From: Amoebidium appalachense
Taxonomy: Eukaryota > Protista > Ichthyosporea
Assembly (NCBI GenBank): GCA_963693365.1
Contig: CAVNZM010000013.1
Coordinates: 1,885,817-1,949,816, forward strand
Length of the DNA stretch: 64,000 bases
Direction of reading: 5' to 3'
The position numbers were made by a program, and so were the translations under genes. The notes under the pieces were generated by a model. That model made no database searches, was not told the origin of the DNA, and worked only from the letters and a program-made list of their open reading frames with translations. Shown in pieces: positions 63,322-64,000 of this stretch (positions are counted from its first letter, which is position 1; every line of letters begins with the position of its first letter).

Positions 63322-64000
63322 TGCATAAGCAACCCTGCTCGTCTCTGATCAAGACGGGTGACCTACTCATGTTCAAGTGAAACAGTATCTGAGTTGGGTT
63401 TCGTTAACGAGGGGAATAGGTCGAAACTCGGGTACTGTGGATGACGTGGGCCCCCCCTGAGGATGGGCTCTGCTTATTATGCATACTCTTTATGTATGGC
63501 TTGCATTCTGCATCGTGTTATCCGTTTGTTCTTGTGTACTTCGTACTTTTTGACGCATTCAAACCCCCCAGCGTCGTATATACGCGGGCTAAGGGGTCGA
63601 AACTCAGACGCAATTGATGACTTGGGCCCTCCCTGAGGATGGGCTCTGCTTATGACGCATACTGTGCGCATGGCTGATGCTGCATACTTGAATGTTTGCC
63701 TTTGCATGTGTCCTGCATCATGCTTCTCATCGTCTATGCGTACTTCGTACTGTGTTCCGCATTCAAACCCCCCCTGTCTTCTTTCAGAGGTGTCCTTTCA
63801 GGACAGACCACTGTGTGGAGACATCTTTACTTCCATGCAACCGGGCATGGTTGCTCTGTGTCGTGCATCTGTAAGCACATACGCGTTTGTCGCTGCACTG
63901 CATTAGTTTGCACACACATCTTCACCGTTTTGCTCACCTTGCTTGCATAAGCAACCCTGCTCGTCTTTGATCAAGACGGGTTGACCCACCCAAGTTCAGT
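63322..64000 (+). mobile_element. Dispersed structured intronic repeat (family E), tandem variant units, runs off the window
   Basis: GCATAAGCAACCCTGCTCGTCT...GATCAAGACGGGT occurs at 63323 and 63945. GTCGAAAC...CTGAGGATGGGCTCTGCTTAT occurs twice. Confidence 0.8.

Overview
Intron-rich eukaryotic DNA, probably from a unicellular opisthokont-type protist (inference only). Introns are packed with (CA)n/(GT)n, poly-C/G and (GA)n tracts, so most ORFs in the six-frame track are artefacts. I built five spliced genes by hand from GT-AG junctions with consistent phase. (1) A >31 kb minus-strand gene encoding a signal peptide, a GH18 chitinase-like domain lacking the catalytic acids, and at least 37 mostly Ca-binding-type EGF repeats; it runs off the window start. 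(2) Its divergent paralog, encoding a signal peptide, a Thr-rich mucin stalk and a second non-catalytic GH18 domain. (3) An SRSF7/RSZ-like SR protein. (4) A membrane-anchored SMP-domain lipid-transfer protein without C2 domains. (5) A NEK6/7-like kinase running off the window end. The non-coding DNA holds several MITE families, a perfect 35-bp satellite and a ~3 kb intragenic duplication. It also holds a multi-copy intronic element that is always sense to its host gene, shows covarying stems, and keeps both hammerhead-ribozyme core motifs in reversed order. The best candidates for new biology are that element and the head-to-head pair of His-substituted pseudo-chitinases on two different stalks.
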